A stretch of DNA of 54,588 bases from positions 1-54,588 of the forward strand of contig JASFOJ010000014.1 in assembly GCA_050116575.1 (NCBI GenBank), given 5' to 3'. Positions 10,545-20,636 of the stretch are shown in pieces (positions within the stretch are counted from its first letter, which is position 1; each line of letters begins with the position of its first letter). The translations under genes were made by a program, and so were the position numbers. The notes below the pieces were generated by a model. The model ran no database searches, was not told where the DNA came from, and was given only the letters and a program-made list of their open reading frames with translations. This DNA is from Gammaproteobacteria bacterium (GTDB taxonomy: Bacteria > Pseudomonadota > Gammaproteobacteria > SZUA-152).

Positions 10545-11087
10545 TCAACAACTCCGTAGACGATTCAAGCACTCAAGGATATCCGCTTTTAAAGGATGCG
10601 CGCTAATCCACTCACGAAATTGAATCAACCTTTCGTATTCACTATCACCCAGCTTTTCGCGCAACTGCTTTTCTTGTGTTGCCATCACACGTGAGTCACG
10701 AATGGCTTTTTGCCAAGGTTCGTTGAATATTTTGGTGAGACTGGCATCAAGATTGAGGGCTTGCACCAGAGCCCATTCACCGCCATCCACCCAGAACCGC
10801 CCGCAGTTGCCGCACAAATCAATTTTATTTGATGCCTTCTCACTCATTGAAAATTTTGTCATTAACTTTTGGCATTGAGGACATACCAAGGCTTGTTTGG
10901 AATCAGTAACCTCGATGGGTTGAATGCGATCGGATTCGTGTACTAATGATGGTTCCCGTTCCGACCAATGTCTATAGCTTAAAATTTCAATCAGACAGCC
11001 TTCACAGGACGGACAGCCAAAACCCGGTAATCCGTCGGCAAGTTTGGTGGGTACCAGCGAGCTATTCTTACAAGTGGGACATTTCAT
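10545..11087 (-). CDS. Zinc-ribbon domain protein (hypothetical)
   Basis: N-terminal CPTC...CPSCEGC and an internal CPQC...CGNC zinc-ribbon pair; operon-like with the M48 peptidase and LemA genes. Confidence 0.55.
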   Translation of the reverse strand: MKCPTCKNSSLVPTKLADGLPGFGCPSCEGCLIEILSYRHWSEREPSLVHESDRIQPIEVTDSKQALVCPQCQKLMTKFSMSEKASNKIDLCGNCGRFWVDGGEWALVQALNLDASLTKIFNEPWQKAIRDSRVMATQEKQLREKLGDSEYERLIQFREWISAHPLKADILECLNRLRSC

Positions 11088-11102
11088 GTCGTGCTCCTTA
11101 AC

Positions 11103-13040
11103 CTAACCATGGATCGTGATCGGTGGCATCGGGGTTCCCAAACAACTGGCAACCGCACGGGTAAACTCGGCACTGCCGGCTTTGATTTTGTTATCAACCG
11201 TCAAACAACTCACCAGTGCTTTGAGTATGCGCGGCTTGAGCATCGGCTTGACCCGTTCGAGCTTATCCATGGCCTTGTCCAACTCTGCAATGGTGATCTG
11301 TTGACGTGCCACCGGCTGCAACGCGGTTGCGCCAATGGACCGGATAGCCGTGGCAAATGCATAGTGGGCATCACCTTCATCCTTGTGTTCAGCAAAAGCG
11401 ACCAGCGACAGTATGAGTTCCAACTCGTACTTCACCGCGCCGATGTGCGTGTGAACCGCAACCGGCGGCTTGCGAATCCCGAAAGCTTCGTCAAGTTGCT
11501 GGACAATGACCCGTTGCACGATCCATTCACGGATATCGACTTTGCGATCGGCCTGGATCAAGGCCTCTATATTGCGTTTAAAGACCACATACTGGGCGCT
11601 TGACAGGGATTTCAATGCTGGCATGCATAACTCAAAAACCGGTAGGCGCAGCTTGGCCGGCAACGCACTGACCTGCGGATGCAGTTGTTGCGCTTTTTCA
11701 AATACCATCGGATCGGCATTTTTGGCCAACAGATCCCACTGCTGATTTTGTATGCCAATACTGTGGTGAATGACGTAGCAATATATCAGTGCGCGGACGC
11801 CAAATGGATCTTCGGCCTCTTCGCGAATGAGTGGCGGTACTTCAGCCAATAGTCCCTGCGCGTAATTAATTTGCTGCTCATCCGTCTGACCGATGCGATC
11901 AATGGCCTGCATGGCCTCCTCCACCGCCGCCCCCACCTCGCCAGCTGTCACGACGCTCATCAACGCCTCCTTCCTGGCCTGCTTATCCTCCACCTGCGGT
12001 TGTTCCGCTGGCATTTCCCGTTTGGGTTCAAGGAATTTTCCGTCCCAGCGCGGTTCAATGCGGCGAATGCGATCCTTCAAAGGTGGGTGCGTGGCGAATA
12101 AAAATGAAGCGATACCATTGGAAAAGTAGGCGTGGCTGTATTCCGGAGCAGATGGTGACAACAACTGGGAACCGGCTTGCCAGCCACCGATTTTTTTCAG
12201 GGCACCGGCGATACCGGCGGACTGACGGGTAAATTGTACGGCGGAGGCATCAGCCAGGTATTCGCGCTGACGGCTGACAATGGCCTTTATCCAATTGCCA
12301 AAAAACGTGCCACAGTAGCCAATGACGGTCAGCCCCACACCCAGAATGAGTATAGCCACCACCAGACTACCGCCTTGTTTATTGCGGGAACGGCCGACGT
12401 AACGCACCGAACGCATCAGGAAATAGCCGATCATTCCCAACAATAAAATGCCATGAAGCACGCCAATGAGTCGAATATTCAACCGCATGTCGCCGTTGAA
12501 TATGTGGCTGAACTCATGGGCAATCACCCCCTGGAGTTCATCGCGCGTCAAATACGTTACCGCGCCGCGCGTGATACCGATTGCGGCGTTACTCGGTGAC
12601 CAGCCCGCCGCAAAGGCGTTGATGCCTGATTCATCCAATAAATAAACCGACGGCACCGGCGAGCCCGACGCGATGGCCATCTCTTCCACAACATTGAGCA
12701 CCTTACGATGCACGGGATCCTGGCTGTTTTGCGGCACAACCCGCCCACCCAGTATTTCAGCGACGGCTTTGCCGCCGGAGGCCAAAACAGACGTTTTATA
12801 AAAGCTGCCGGCTCCAATAATCAGAATAATAACAACGCCGATACCGATTCCGCGCGTGGTATCATAACCAGCTGACAAAGCTTCCCAGGTATTGGGCAAA
12901 TGGCCGGTGGTGTTATACACCATGACTGCCATGACCAGCAGGTTGGTGATCACAATCAAAGACACCACCGCCAGAACAAATAACACAACCAGTGTGAAAG
13001 TATTGCGGCGTGCCACCGCTTGTGCTTCAAAAAAATTCAT
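11103..13040 (-). CDS. M48-family zinc metallopeptidase (HtpX-like, with long C-terminal extension)
   Basis: Two N-terminal TM helices, an HEFSHI (HExxH) motif and a glutamate downstream; the LemA gene is immediately upstream on the same strand. Confidence 0.8.
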   Translation of the reverse strand: MNFFEAQAVARRNTFTLVVLFVLAVVSLIVITNLLVMAVMVYNTTGHLPNTWEALSAGYDTTRGIGIGVVIILIIGAGSFYKTSVLASGGKAVAEILGGRVVPQNSQDPVHRKVLNVVEEMAIASGSPVPSVYLLDESGINAFAAGWSPSNAAIGITRGAVTYLTRDELQGVIAHEFSHIFNGDMRLNIRLIGVLHGILLLGMIGYFLMRSVRYVGRSRNKQGGSLVVAILILGVGLTVIGYCGTFFGNWIKAIVSRQREYLADASAVQFTRQSAGIAGALKKIGGWQAGSQLLSPSAPEYSHAYFSNGIASFLFATHPPLKDRIRRIEPRWDGKFLEPKREMPAEQPQVEDKQARKEALMSVVTAGEVGAAVEEAMQAIDRIGQTDEQQINYAQGLLAEVPPLIREEAEDPFGVRALIYCYVIHHSIGIQNQQWDLLAKNADPMVFEKAQQLHPQVSALPAKLRLPVFELCMPALKSLSSAQYVVFKRNIEALIQADRKVDIREWIVQRVIVQQLDEAFGIRKPPVAVHTHIGAVKYELELILSLVAFAEHKDEGDAHYAFATAIRSIGATALQPVARQQITIAELDKAMDKLERVKPMLKPRILKALVSCLTVDNKIKAGSAEFTRAVASCLGTPMPPITIHG

Positions 13041-13063
13041 TGCTCAATGACCCGGGGGTGGGG

Positions 13064-13660
13064 CTAGAAAGATACCTTGGGTGCTTGCTGGATTTGCTTA
13101 CTATCCTCAAAGGCCAGTGGCGTGGCATCCTTGGCGTGACCAAACGAGCCGGCTAACACGTTTTGCGGGAACGACTGTTTATAGGTGTTGTATTCCATAA
13201 CCTGATCGTTAAACGCCTGCCGAGCGAAAGCCACTCGATTCTCCGTACTGGTTAACTCTTCGGTCAATTGCATCATATTTTGATTGGCTTTCAAATCCGG
13301 GTAAGCCTCCATCACCACATTCAACCGCCCCATCGCCGAGATCAAACCGTTCTCGGCATCGGATAATTGCCGGATGGCATCGGCGTTGGTGGGATCCACG
13401 TGAGCCGCCTGCAGTCCTTGCGCGGCCGCGTTTCGTGCATTGATGACCGCCTCAAGGGTTTCGCGTTCATGTTTTAAATAGCCTTTGGCGGTTTCCACCA
13501 AATTCGGAATTAAATCGTAGCGGCGTTTGAGCTGGACTTCGATTTGTGCAAACGCATTGGTTACCCGGTTTTTTAACGCCACAAGCTTGTTAAAAATGGC
13601 GATGACGTACAACACCAACAGGCCAATGACCGCAAGCACGACAATAATTGTAATATCCAT
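13064..13660 (-). CDS. lemA: LemA family protein
   Basis: N-terminal TM helix followed by the LemA-family conserved region (NKLVALKNRVTNAFAQIEVQLKRRYDLIPNLVETAK). Confidence 0.8.
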   Translation of the reverse strand: MDITIIVVLAVIGLLVLYVIAIFNKLVALKNRVTNAFAQIEVQLKRRYDLIPNLVETAKGYLKHERETLEAVINARNAAAQGLQAAHVDPTNADAIRQLSDAENGLISAMGRLNVVMEAYPDLKANQNMMQLTEELTSTENRVAFARQAFNDQVMEYNTYKQSFPQNVLAGSFGHAKDATPLAFEDSKQIQQAPKVSF

Positions 13661-13698
13661 AATTGTTACCTCTTAAAGATTACTACGTTAATTCGGTG

Positions 13699-13953
13699 TC
13701 AACTGGTCGCCAAGAACACCATCAAGATCAACAATAAAATGGCCAACCCGAGAAATACCCGTCCAAGTCCCGCGATTTCATTGAGCTCCTGCTCGCGACG
13801 CTGTTTAAACAACACCAGTTCTTCATCGGTCAGTGCGCTGCAATGGGGGCATTGAGTTAATCGCCAGGGATACTGCATCTCGCACCGGTCGCACCGATAC
13901 ACGCGTTGAATTTTAAAATAAATCACGAATGGCCAGGTCCCGGCTGCGCCCAT
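13699..13953 (-). CDS. Small zinc-ribbon membrane protein (hypothetical)
   Basis: CDRC...CPHC zinc ribbon followed by a C-terminal TM helix; sits between the lemA and flotillin genes. Confidence 0.45.
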   Translation of the reverse strand: MGAAGTWPFVIYFKIQRVYRCDRCEMQYPWRLTQCPHCSALTDEELVLFKQRREQELNEIAGLGRVFLGLAILLLILMVFLATS

Positions 13954-13994
13954 TGACCGGCGTTGGACGGTTCAATGGGCGGGGATTTATTTTG

Positions 13995-15761
13995 CTAACC
14001 GCTCTTTGCAGGACTACTGGCTTGTGGCGGACTGTCCTGTCCCGACCCCTGAATAACATTGGTCAGTCCATCGAGATCCTTGCCGTGCAATCCCAGCTCC
14101 GCCATCAGTGAATCAATGAGTGGCGCCTGGCTGCGATAACGCAGCGCGCTGTTCACCACCTGGTCGGCAAGATTGCCATTACCCTCCTCACCGGCTTTTC
14201 CGTTGCCGTTGCCATGACCGTTACTGCCATTCAGGCCATCAACCTGAAAGATCTTGATACCCTCAATTTGCTCCATGGGCTTGACACTTTCGCGAATGAT
14301 ATGCGGCAGCGTTTCCAATAGCGCCATACGAATTTGCATGGCAATTTGCTCCGCGGACAACACGTTTTGCGCTTCGTTAATGGCACGCTTACCTTCAGCT
14401 TCCACGGCATAGGTTTTCTCTGCCGCCTCGGCGCGCAGTTTTTCAGCCTCAGCAGCACCCTGCGCTTCGATACGGGCTTTGTCCGCGTCAGCGTTCGCCA
14501 GGATTTTGACTGATTCGGCCTGATCGTCTGCGGCCTGTTTTTCCGCTTCCGCGGCCACCTTGATTTTAATGGCTTCACGCTCGGCGTTTTTGCTGGCTTC
14601 GACCAACTCAACCGACTTGACCCGCTCAGCAACTTCTGTTTCGCGCACCGTGCGCACTTTCTCTTCTTCTCTTACCGCTGCTGCCCGGGCTTTGTCGGCT
14701 TCAGCTTGCGCCACGGATTGCTCCTTGGATTTTTCCGCAATAGCAATGGCACGGTCCTGTTCGGCCAGTTCAATGGCCTTGGCCTTGGCCACGTCTTTTT
14801 CCTTTACGACTCTGTCTTTTTCGATGCGTTCTTCTTCGACGGCACGTTCCGCCATGATCCGCGACATATCGACCTGGCGCACCGCATCGATGTCGGCCTG
14901 GTCGGCGGCTTGTTTTTTCTCCGCCTGTTCCCTCGCAATTTCTGATTGCTGCGCAGCGCGGCGCACTTCGACCTCGCGTTCCTGTTGCAGGCGCGCGTAT
15001 TCTTCTTCTTTTTTGATTTCCAGTGTCAGGCGTTCGGCTTCCAGGTTCTTCTGGGCCACCGCCACGTTGGTATCCTGTTCAATCTCGTTACGCTTCTTGC
15101 GGCGCTCTTCAATCTCCTCGGTGAGCTTGGTCAAACCTTCCGCGTCGAACGCGTTATCCGGATTGAAATATTCCTTTCCGGTTTGGTCTAATCCGGTCAG
15201 TGACACCGACTCCAGTTCCAATCCGTTTTTCAGCAAGTCTTCCGATACACTCTGTAAAACTTTTTGCACAAAACCCACCCGGTTTTCATGCAGTTCTTCC
15301 ATCGCCATTTGTGAGGCCACCGAACGCAAGGCATCGACAAACTTACCTTCCACCAACTGTTTCAGTTCTTCCGGGTGCAGGGTTTTCATGCCCAGGGTTT
15401 GCGCCGCATCCGCAATGGCCTCCACACTGGGTTGAACCCGCACGTAAAATTCGGCGCCCACATCCACGCGCATGCGGTCCCGGGTGATAAGTGCTTGCTC
15501 ACGGGCACGACGCACTTCAAGCCGCAGAGTGTTCATGTTCACCGGGATTATTTCATGGAGTACCGGAAAAACCAGCGCACCGCCATTCATAATAACTTTC
15601 TGGCCGCGAAACCCGGTGCGCACAAAGGACACTTCTTTCGAAGCCCGTTTATACAAGCGCGCCAAAATCAACCCGAGCAAGATCAACGCCACCATAATTA
15701 CGCCGGCAATCATGACGATGTCGCCTAAGCTCAAGACCTGGTTAAAATTTACATTGTTCAT
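13995..15761 (-). CDS. Flotillin-like SPFH/band-7 protein (YqiK family)
   Basis: N-terminal TM helix, an SPFH domain, and a long E/A/K-rich coiled-coil C-terminus typical of bacterial flotillins. Confidence 0.85.
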   Translation of the reverse strand: MNNVNFNQVLSLGDIVMIAGVIMVALILLGLILARLYKRASKEVSFVRTGFRGQKVIMNGGALVFPVLHEIIPVNMNTLRLEVRRAREQALITRDRMRVDVGAEFYVRVQPSVEAIADAAQTLGMKTLHPEELKQLVEGKFVDALRSVASQMAMEELHENRVGFVQKVLQSVSEDLLKNGLELESVSLTGLDQTGKEYFNPDNAFDAEGLTKLTEEIEERRKKRNEIEQDTNVAVAQKNLEAERLTLEIKKEEEYARLQQEREVEVRRAAQQSEIAREQAEKKQAADQADIDAVRQVDMSRIMAERAVEEERIEKDRVVKEKDVAKAKAIELAEQDRAIAIAEKSKEQSVAQAEADKARAAAVREEEKVRTVRETEVAERVKSVELVEASKNAEREAIKIKVAAEAEKQAADDQAESVKILANADADKARIEAQGAAEAEKLRAEAAEKTYAVEAEGKRAINEAQNVLSAEQIAMQIRMALLETLPHIIRESVKPMEQIEGIKIFQVDGLNGSNGHGNGNGKAGEEGNGNLADQVVNSALRYRSQAPLIDSLMAELGLHGKDLDGLTNVIQGSGQDSPPQASSPAKSG

Positions 15762-15765
15762 TTTG

Positions 15766-16446
15766 TTATTCCTCTGAAGGCTTGTCGATTAACACATCAT
15801 TGGTATTTCTTATTGCTAGAAAAACAGAGCTGGCTTTTTGAATCAGCAGCACCTGCTCTCCCTGTTCAAACACAACGTTGTCGCTATCCGGTTCCACCAT
15901 TATATAGTGCGACTTTCCGAAGCGGTCTTTTAAGCGCGCCTGGGCCGGGCTGCCTTGTTCGGCCTTGCCCAAAGTGATAAGCGCGATACGACCCACGAAT
16001 GAGTCCATGGAAACGGCTTCGGTTTCATCTTTTGGCATAAACCGCTCCAACAATCCGCCGAATAGACGCACCATGGGCGTTGCCAATACTACTGCGGGAA
16101 TCGATGCCAACCAGCCGGGCGCATACGCACCGATGATGCCATGGGTAACCGATTGTATACCCAGTCCCAGTAGCCCGAAGGCGGTAAGAAATATCACCAG
16201 CAACATCAGCACAGGAACACGCCCTACACGAAACCACCCGAGCAAGCGTGACAGTGCATTAGGCGTACGGATTTCCGAGCCATCGAGGTCCACATCGAAA
16301 TCCATATCCGGCAGCAGGGTATCCAGCACCGCTGAAATACCGGCGCCAAACACCGTAGTGATGCCTTCGAGCAGGGCAATACCGAACATCACCGCAAGTG
16401 CGACGGTAAACGGTAAATTTTCACTGGCTGTTATCAATTGCGTCAT
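15766..16446 (-). CDS. YqiJ/NfeD-like inner membrane protein
   Basis: Multi-TM N-terminus and a C-terminal OB-like segment; sits immediately upstream of the flotillin gene, as in yqiJK pairs. Confidence 0.65.
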   Translation of the reverse strand: MTQLITASENLPFTVALAVMFGIALLEGITTVFGAGISAVLDTLLPDMDFDVDLDGSEIRTPNALSRLLGWFRVGRVPVLMLLVIFLTAFGLLGLGIQSVTHGIIGAYAPGWLASIPAVVLATPMVRLFGGLLERFMPKDETEAVSMDSFVGRIALITLGKAEQGSPAQARLKDRFGKSHYIMVEPDSDNVVFEQGEQVLLIQKASSVFLAIRNTNDVLIDKPSEE

Positions 16447-16483
16447 GGATCAGTCTTCGCTCTTTATATTGTTTAACGAATCG

Positions 16484-17164
16484 TTACTTGGATTTGTTTT
16501 TAATCGCCGCCAATCGCTCCTGAATGCGATTGTTTCGCGCCAGATCATCCAACTCCGCTAACTTGGACGCAGTCTGTCGATCGGACGCACCCGTACTGCC
16601 CAGAACACCGGTAGCCTTTTCCACCACCCGGTCAAAGGCCGACGATGCTTTGTCGACGCGTGACTCGGCAGAACCGGCTGACGCAGCGCCTGCCCCTGGT
16701 GTGGTTGCCGATCCCGCGGCGGTTTTGGCCGCCCGGAAATGTTGCAGTTCTTCTTTCATTTCGCGCTTTTTGGCCTGCAACGCGGTGATGTACCCTTCCA
16801 GTTCTTTCTCCTGGGCAACACAATCCCCAATCGTCGCTTCCAACACCGGAATTTGTGCTTCAATGTCCAGTTGTTGTGAAATCGCCGCCTCGGCCAGATC
16901 TTCACGCGATTCGGCAACGGCCAGTTCTATTTTTTCCGTCAACGACTCGTGCTTTTTGTTTTCTTCCATAAGCCGAGTGTTAGCCAGATGTTTTTTCGCC
17001 ACCACACGGCCCAGTTCGGCACGTACCTCATCGATCACACTATCAATTTCCCTGATCGCTTCTTCCATGACCGTTTCCGGCACGGCGTTTTCAACCGCAT
17101 CGACGAGCGCATTCAAACTGCCGCTGATGATGCGTCCGACACGGCTTGTGATACTTTCATTCAT
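16484..17164 (-). CDS. pspA: PspA/IM30 family protein
   Basis: Coiled-coil PspA/Vipp1 signature at the N-terminus (MNESITSRVGRIISGSLNALVDAVENA...). Confidence 0.85.
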   Translation of the reverse strand: MNESITSRVGRIISGSLNALVDAVENAVPETVMEEAIREIDSVIDEVRAELGRVVAKKHLANTRLMEENKKHESLTEKIELAVAESREDLAEAAISQQLDIEAQIPVLEATIGDCVAQEKELEGYITALQAKKREMKEELQHFRAAKTAAGSATTPGAGAASAGSAESRVDKASSAFDRVVEKATGVLGSTGASDRQTASKLAELDDLARNNRIQERLAAIKNKSK

Positions 17165-17176
17165 CGTTGTTCTCCT

Positions 17177-17683
17177 CTATTTCGATTGCTTTGCAATGAC
17201 ATGAGCCAATTCCAGAATCGGCGTGATCCGTTGGTTGATGGCTGACGGCTCATAACAAGGACACTGTTGTGTCACGCCCATCTGCATGACCGATTCTATT
17301 AGTCGGAATATCCTGTCGGTGATTCCCTTTTCCAGGTCCAGCAAGTCCTGCTCGTTGATATCGTGGTCCGACCGGGTAAACGTCGATAGCAAATATGCCG
17401 TCATGTCCGGTATCCATTCAATTAACCGTGTCACCAGTTCCGAATGTTTACCGGTTTCCAATTCCGCCTCTCGAATATACTCCCGGACCGGCTGAAAGAA
17501 TTCCTGCATCATCGTGAAAGCACTGCGGTAGTCTTCCATCCCCGTCGATCGACGCTTGGCTTCGGCAATAATTGCCCGCACTTTGTCGCTGGGTGTGGTG
17601 GCACCCGACACTTTCAACTGACTGATAAACTCCACATCCTCCTGCGAAATCCGCGTGCTGATCGGTACCATTTTACTCGCCAT
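17177..17683 (-). CDS. Hypothetical protein, first gene of the pspA-flotillin operon
   Basis: A 168-aa ORF with good spacing to pspA; no recognised domain. Confidence 0.5.
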   Translation of the reverse strand: MASKMVPISTRISQEDVEFISQLKVSGATTPSDKVRAIIAEAKRRSTGMEDYRSAFTMMQEFFQPVREYIREAELETGKHSELVTRLIEWIPDMTAYLLSTFTRSDHDINEQDLLDLEKGITDRIFRLIESVMQMGVTQQCPCYEPSAINQRITPILELAHVIAKQSK

Positions 17684-17725
17684 GGAATACTCCCTAGGTT
17701 CCTACAATCGATTAATCGGACAAAT

Positions 17726-17768
17726 CGTATACGTATGAATATAATTATAGACATTTGTATACGTTTGT
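17726..17768. promoter_or_regulatory. Operator-like repeats (tcGTATACGtatg ... ttGTATACGtttg) flanking a TATAAT-like box upstream of the psp operon
   Basis: Two copies of GTATACG spaced ~27 bp apart around ataattata; no sigma-54 consensus was found. Confidence 0.25.
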
Positions 17769-17830
17769 AAACACCTATAAAGTAAGCAAAAACAGTAAGA
17801 TAGCGATAGACCCACGGCGCCAAAAGGGGA

Positions 17831-18913
17831 CTATAGTGATGGTCGCGCACTGCCGTCCTTCTCTGCCTGATGCAGGATCGGCGTACTGAGGGCGATGCCA
17901 TCCTCAGCGGCCTGCAGCAGGATATATTCAATCAGGCGGTAGCGTGTGCGGAACAACTGACGCACGCCTTTGGTATAGAAGAACACGGCGTATTCCACCG
18001 AATAATCCCCGGCGGCGACGGTAAACACTTCGACGCCGTGCTGGGATTCCACTGTCACGTCCTGATCCTTTTTTGCCTGTTCAAACGCGCGTTCAAACAT
18101 CTTGCGCACCCGATTTGGCGCTACATCGTAGCCGATGTTGAAACTCAGTTTTTCCCGCAAACCACGGGCCGAGGCGAACTTCGACTGATTGTGAATTATC
18201 AGGTCCCGCAGTCTGGCGTTTCGAATCATCAGCCGATGGTTGTTAATGATATTTAGCAGTTCGGTATGAAAAAGCCGCGTTTTGTGTACCACGCCGATTT
18301 CCCGTTCTTCGGCCTCAAATTCAATCACGTCTCCGGTTTCGAGCATGCCGGAGTTCAACATAATCAATCCGCTGAATAAATCCGGGGCCCATACACCTTG
18401 AGTCAGGGCAAGGAAAACACCGATCACGCCCAGTACGCCCCCGGCTTCCAGCCAGCTTTCAAATCCCATGACCCGCACCACTGCGACAATGACCAGCACA
18501 CCGGCCAGTATCGTTAAAACAATACTGATCAGTCGTGAGTTGTAGGTCTCGACCACAAGCGCTTTGCCGTCGATTTCCTTCTGCTTCCCATAACGGTTAT
18601 GAATAAAAGTGTTGATGGCATGGATCACCACGAAACTCAAATACAGTATCGTGATGGTAATTAACAGCTTCATGCCCGGGCCCCGTTCACTGACAGGCAA
18701 CACCGTGTGGTAATACATAAAAGCGCCGATTATGGCGAGATTGAAGGCTCGAAAAATATGGACACGCAAATTGAAGCGCTTCTCGTCATCCGCTCCGTGA
18801 TACACAGCGCGCATAATACGCCGGGCTAATATCATTAAAAGAATGTTGATCGACACCACAACAATATCAATGGCGTCCAGGCGACTGAGAAAATCCAGGC
18901 TCTCCTCCAGCAC
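17831..18913 (-). CDS. Mechanosensitive ion channel, MscS family
   Basis: Three or more TM helices followed by an MscS beta-domain region (GDVIEFEAEEREIGVVHKTRLFHTELL...). Confidence 0.85.
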   Translation of the reverse strand: MLEESLDFLSRLDAIDIVVVSINILLMILARRIMRAVYHGADDEKRFNLRVHIFRAFNLAIIGAFMYYHTVLPVSERGPGMKLLITITILYLSFVVIHAINTFIHNRYGKQKEIDGKALVVETYNSRLISIVLTILAGVLVIVAVVRVMGFESWLEAGGVLGVIGVFLALTQGVWAPDLFSGLIMLNSGMLETGDVIEFEAEEREIGVVHKTRLFHTELLNIINNHRLMIRNARLRDLIIHNQSKFASARGLREKLSFNIGYDVAPNRVRKMFERAFEQAKKDQDVTVESQHGVEVFTVAAGDYSVEYAVFFYTKGVRQLFRTRYRLIEYILLQAAEDGIALSTPILHQAEKDGSARPSL

Positions 18914-19284
18914 GGTGGTATTGCTCCCAAGGCGTTGTGCGATGTCTAAGGTGGCTACGCAGTTTGTTCGTTGATTTTATGCCCTGCATGGGGCTCTGCT
19001 TTTTATGTATTATGCTATGTAAAACTATTCATTGCCATGACAAGGGGCGATTAAACATTAACCAATGTTGCACCCCGTGTCTGTTGCACGGCATGTGTCT
19101 ATTAGCAAATCAATGAGTTATCGGCGGCGCCATTGATGTCAAACCGACCCTGTCACTGACCCGGCGCTCCCGGCAATTGCAGATGACAGACCGCCGATGA
19201 TTTGCGATCATTTCTCGGGACGCCTGTCCTGCACCGGGACACGGCAACGCCACCGATATAATAAAAAGATAACAAGGAGCCAGG

Positions 19285-20001
19285 ATGTCGTTACCCCGCC
19301 GATACCAGCAGTGTATAGAGCGCCTTTCTCGACAACTACCTTCGCTATTGGGCGAAAATCTTTTTTCATGCGTATTGTACGGAAGCACGGTGCGGGGCCA
19401 CGTTATCGACGGCGTGTCGGATATCAATCTTTTGATTGTATTACAGCATTCAACGCCGGACGCACACAGCGCAATCGCAGACTGTCTGCAGGGCAACATA
19501 TATATCGATCCGTTTGTAATCGCGCGCCCAGGTATGGCACGCAGTTTTAGTGTCTTTGCCATTAAGTTTCGAAGTATCAAGCGCAACTATAAAGTACTGG
19601 CCGGCGAGGACCCCATTAAGGATTTTAGTGTCGCAGACGAGCGCGTACGCTTCCTCGCCGAGCAGGCGTTGCGCAACCTGAGACTGCGAAGTGTCAATAC
19701 CTTTATTCACCACCGTAAAAACACCGCCCGTTACACCCGGTTTTTGTTAAATACACATACGGCGCTGTTCACCTACGTGGGCGAGATCATGCGCCTTGCT
19801 GACCACGAGGTGCCGCGCGCTTACGCGGACCGAATTCCGATGATTGAAGAGTATTTCAGCATCGATACCCGAATCCTCCAAACGCTGGAAAATATTCAGG
19901 CCGATCCCGCCCAGGTCACCGCCAAGTCGATCGCCGGACTTCACCGCGATCTGTTTTCCTTTGTCGATGGCATTGTATGCTGGATGGAGCAAACCTGGTG
20001 A
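19285..20001 (+). CDS. Nucleotidyltransferase-domain protein
   Basis: Minimal NTase fold motif LYGSTVRGHVIDGVSDINLLIVL near the N-terminus; its stop overlaps the start of the next gene. Confidence 0.7.
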   Translation: MSLPRRYQQCIERLSRQLPSLLGENLFSCVLYGSTVRGHVIDGVSDINLLIVLQHSTPDAHSAIADCLQGNIYIDPFVIARPGMARSFSVFAIKFRSIKRNYKVLAGEDPIKDFSVADERVRFLAEQALRNLRLRSVNTFIHHRKNTARYTRFLLNTHTALFTYVGEIMRLADHEVPRAYADRIPMIEEYFSIDTRILQTLENIQADPAQVTAKSIAGLHRDLFSFVDGIVCWMEQTW

Positions 20002-20636
20002 GCACTCAAATTATCCGATGCCCGATCTGTCTGTTGTCGCAACCTGTCAAAAGCGACGTCTCGCCGGATAAAATCCTGCATTGTGGTAACTGTCGCCGGG
20101 ATTTTGCGGTGAAAAACGGACTGCCGTTAAAAGAAAATATAATCCCTGGTACAGCGCCCGCAACAACAGCCGCCTCCTCGATAACAGGTATCAGTAACAT
20201 GGAACCGGCGACAACGCGAAACGCCGTGGTGACATGGATACTTGGTTTGATTATCGGACTTGTGGTTATCAAAACGTCACGATCTTATGTCGCCCCACTC
20301 GATGGACCGCATTTTTTAGTCTTTTACTTACTGTTTTTTGTTGGCGTGTGGGCGTCACTCGCCGTTATGCGAAATTTATGGGAAGACTCGGTACACGTCA
20401 CCTTGATCGCGTTATTTGTCTTTGAAGCAATCGGCCTTTTTCGTTTCCTTGATGCCAGTGCGGCGGGCATGCACAAGTTCGGCTTTTTGTTCATGATGAT
20501 GGCGATCGGAGCGATATTGCTGTTCACGCGCTATGATCATTCCCGCAACAGCGATGAGTACGGCTCGAGTTGCAGTGGCTGCAGCAGTTGCAGCGGCTGC
20601 GGCAGTGGCGGAGGTTGTGGCGGATGCGGCGATTAG
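19998..20636 (+). CDS. Zinc-ribbon plus 4-TM membrane protein with C-terminal Cys-repeat tail ending in Asp (candidate MNIO substrate); start GTG 19998 or ATG 19977
   Basis: N-terminal CPIC...CGNC ribbon, hydrophobic helices, and the tail SSCSGCSSCSGCGSGGGCGGCGD. There is a GGAG 8 nt before the GTG, and the GTGA overlaps the upstream stop. Confidence 0.55.
   Translation: MSTQIIRCPICLLSQPVKSDVSPDKILHCGNCRRDFAVKNGLPLKENIIPGTAPATTAASSITGISNMEPATTRNAVVTWILGLIIGLVVIKTSRSYVAPLDGPHFLVFYLLFFVGVWASLAVMRNLWEDSVHVTLIALFVFEAIGLFRFLDASAAGMHKFGFLFMMMAIGAILLFTRYDHSRNSDEYGSSCSGCSSCSGCGSGGGCGGCGD

Noticed and set aside
14231-15487. Long antisense or alternative-frame ORFs inside the flotillin gene (133–291 aa, Ser/Ala/Arg-rich), and similar ones inside feoB and the beta-helix lipoprotein
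   Set aside because: They are low-complexity translations of the opposite strand of confidently assigned genes.
17684-17830. Sigma-54 (−24/−12) promoter upstream of the psp operon
   Set aside because: There is no TGGCAC-N5-TTGCW match. Only a sigma-70-like −10 box with GTATACG repeats was seen.
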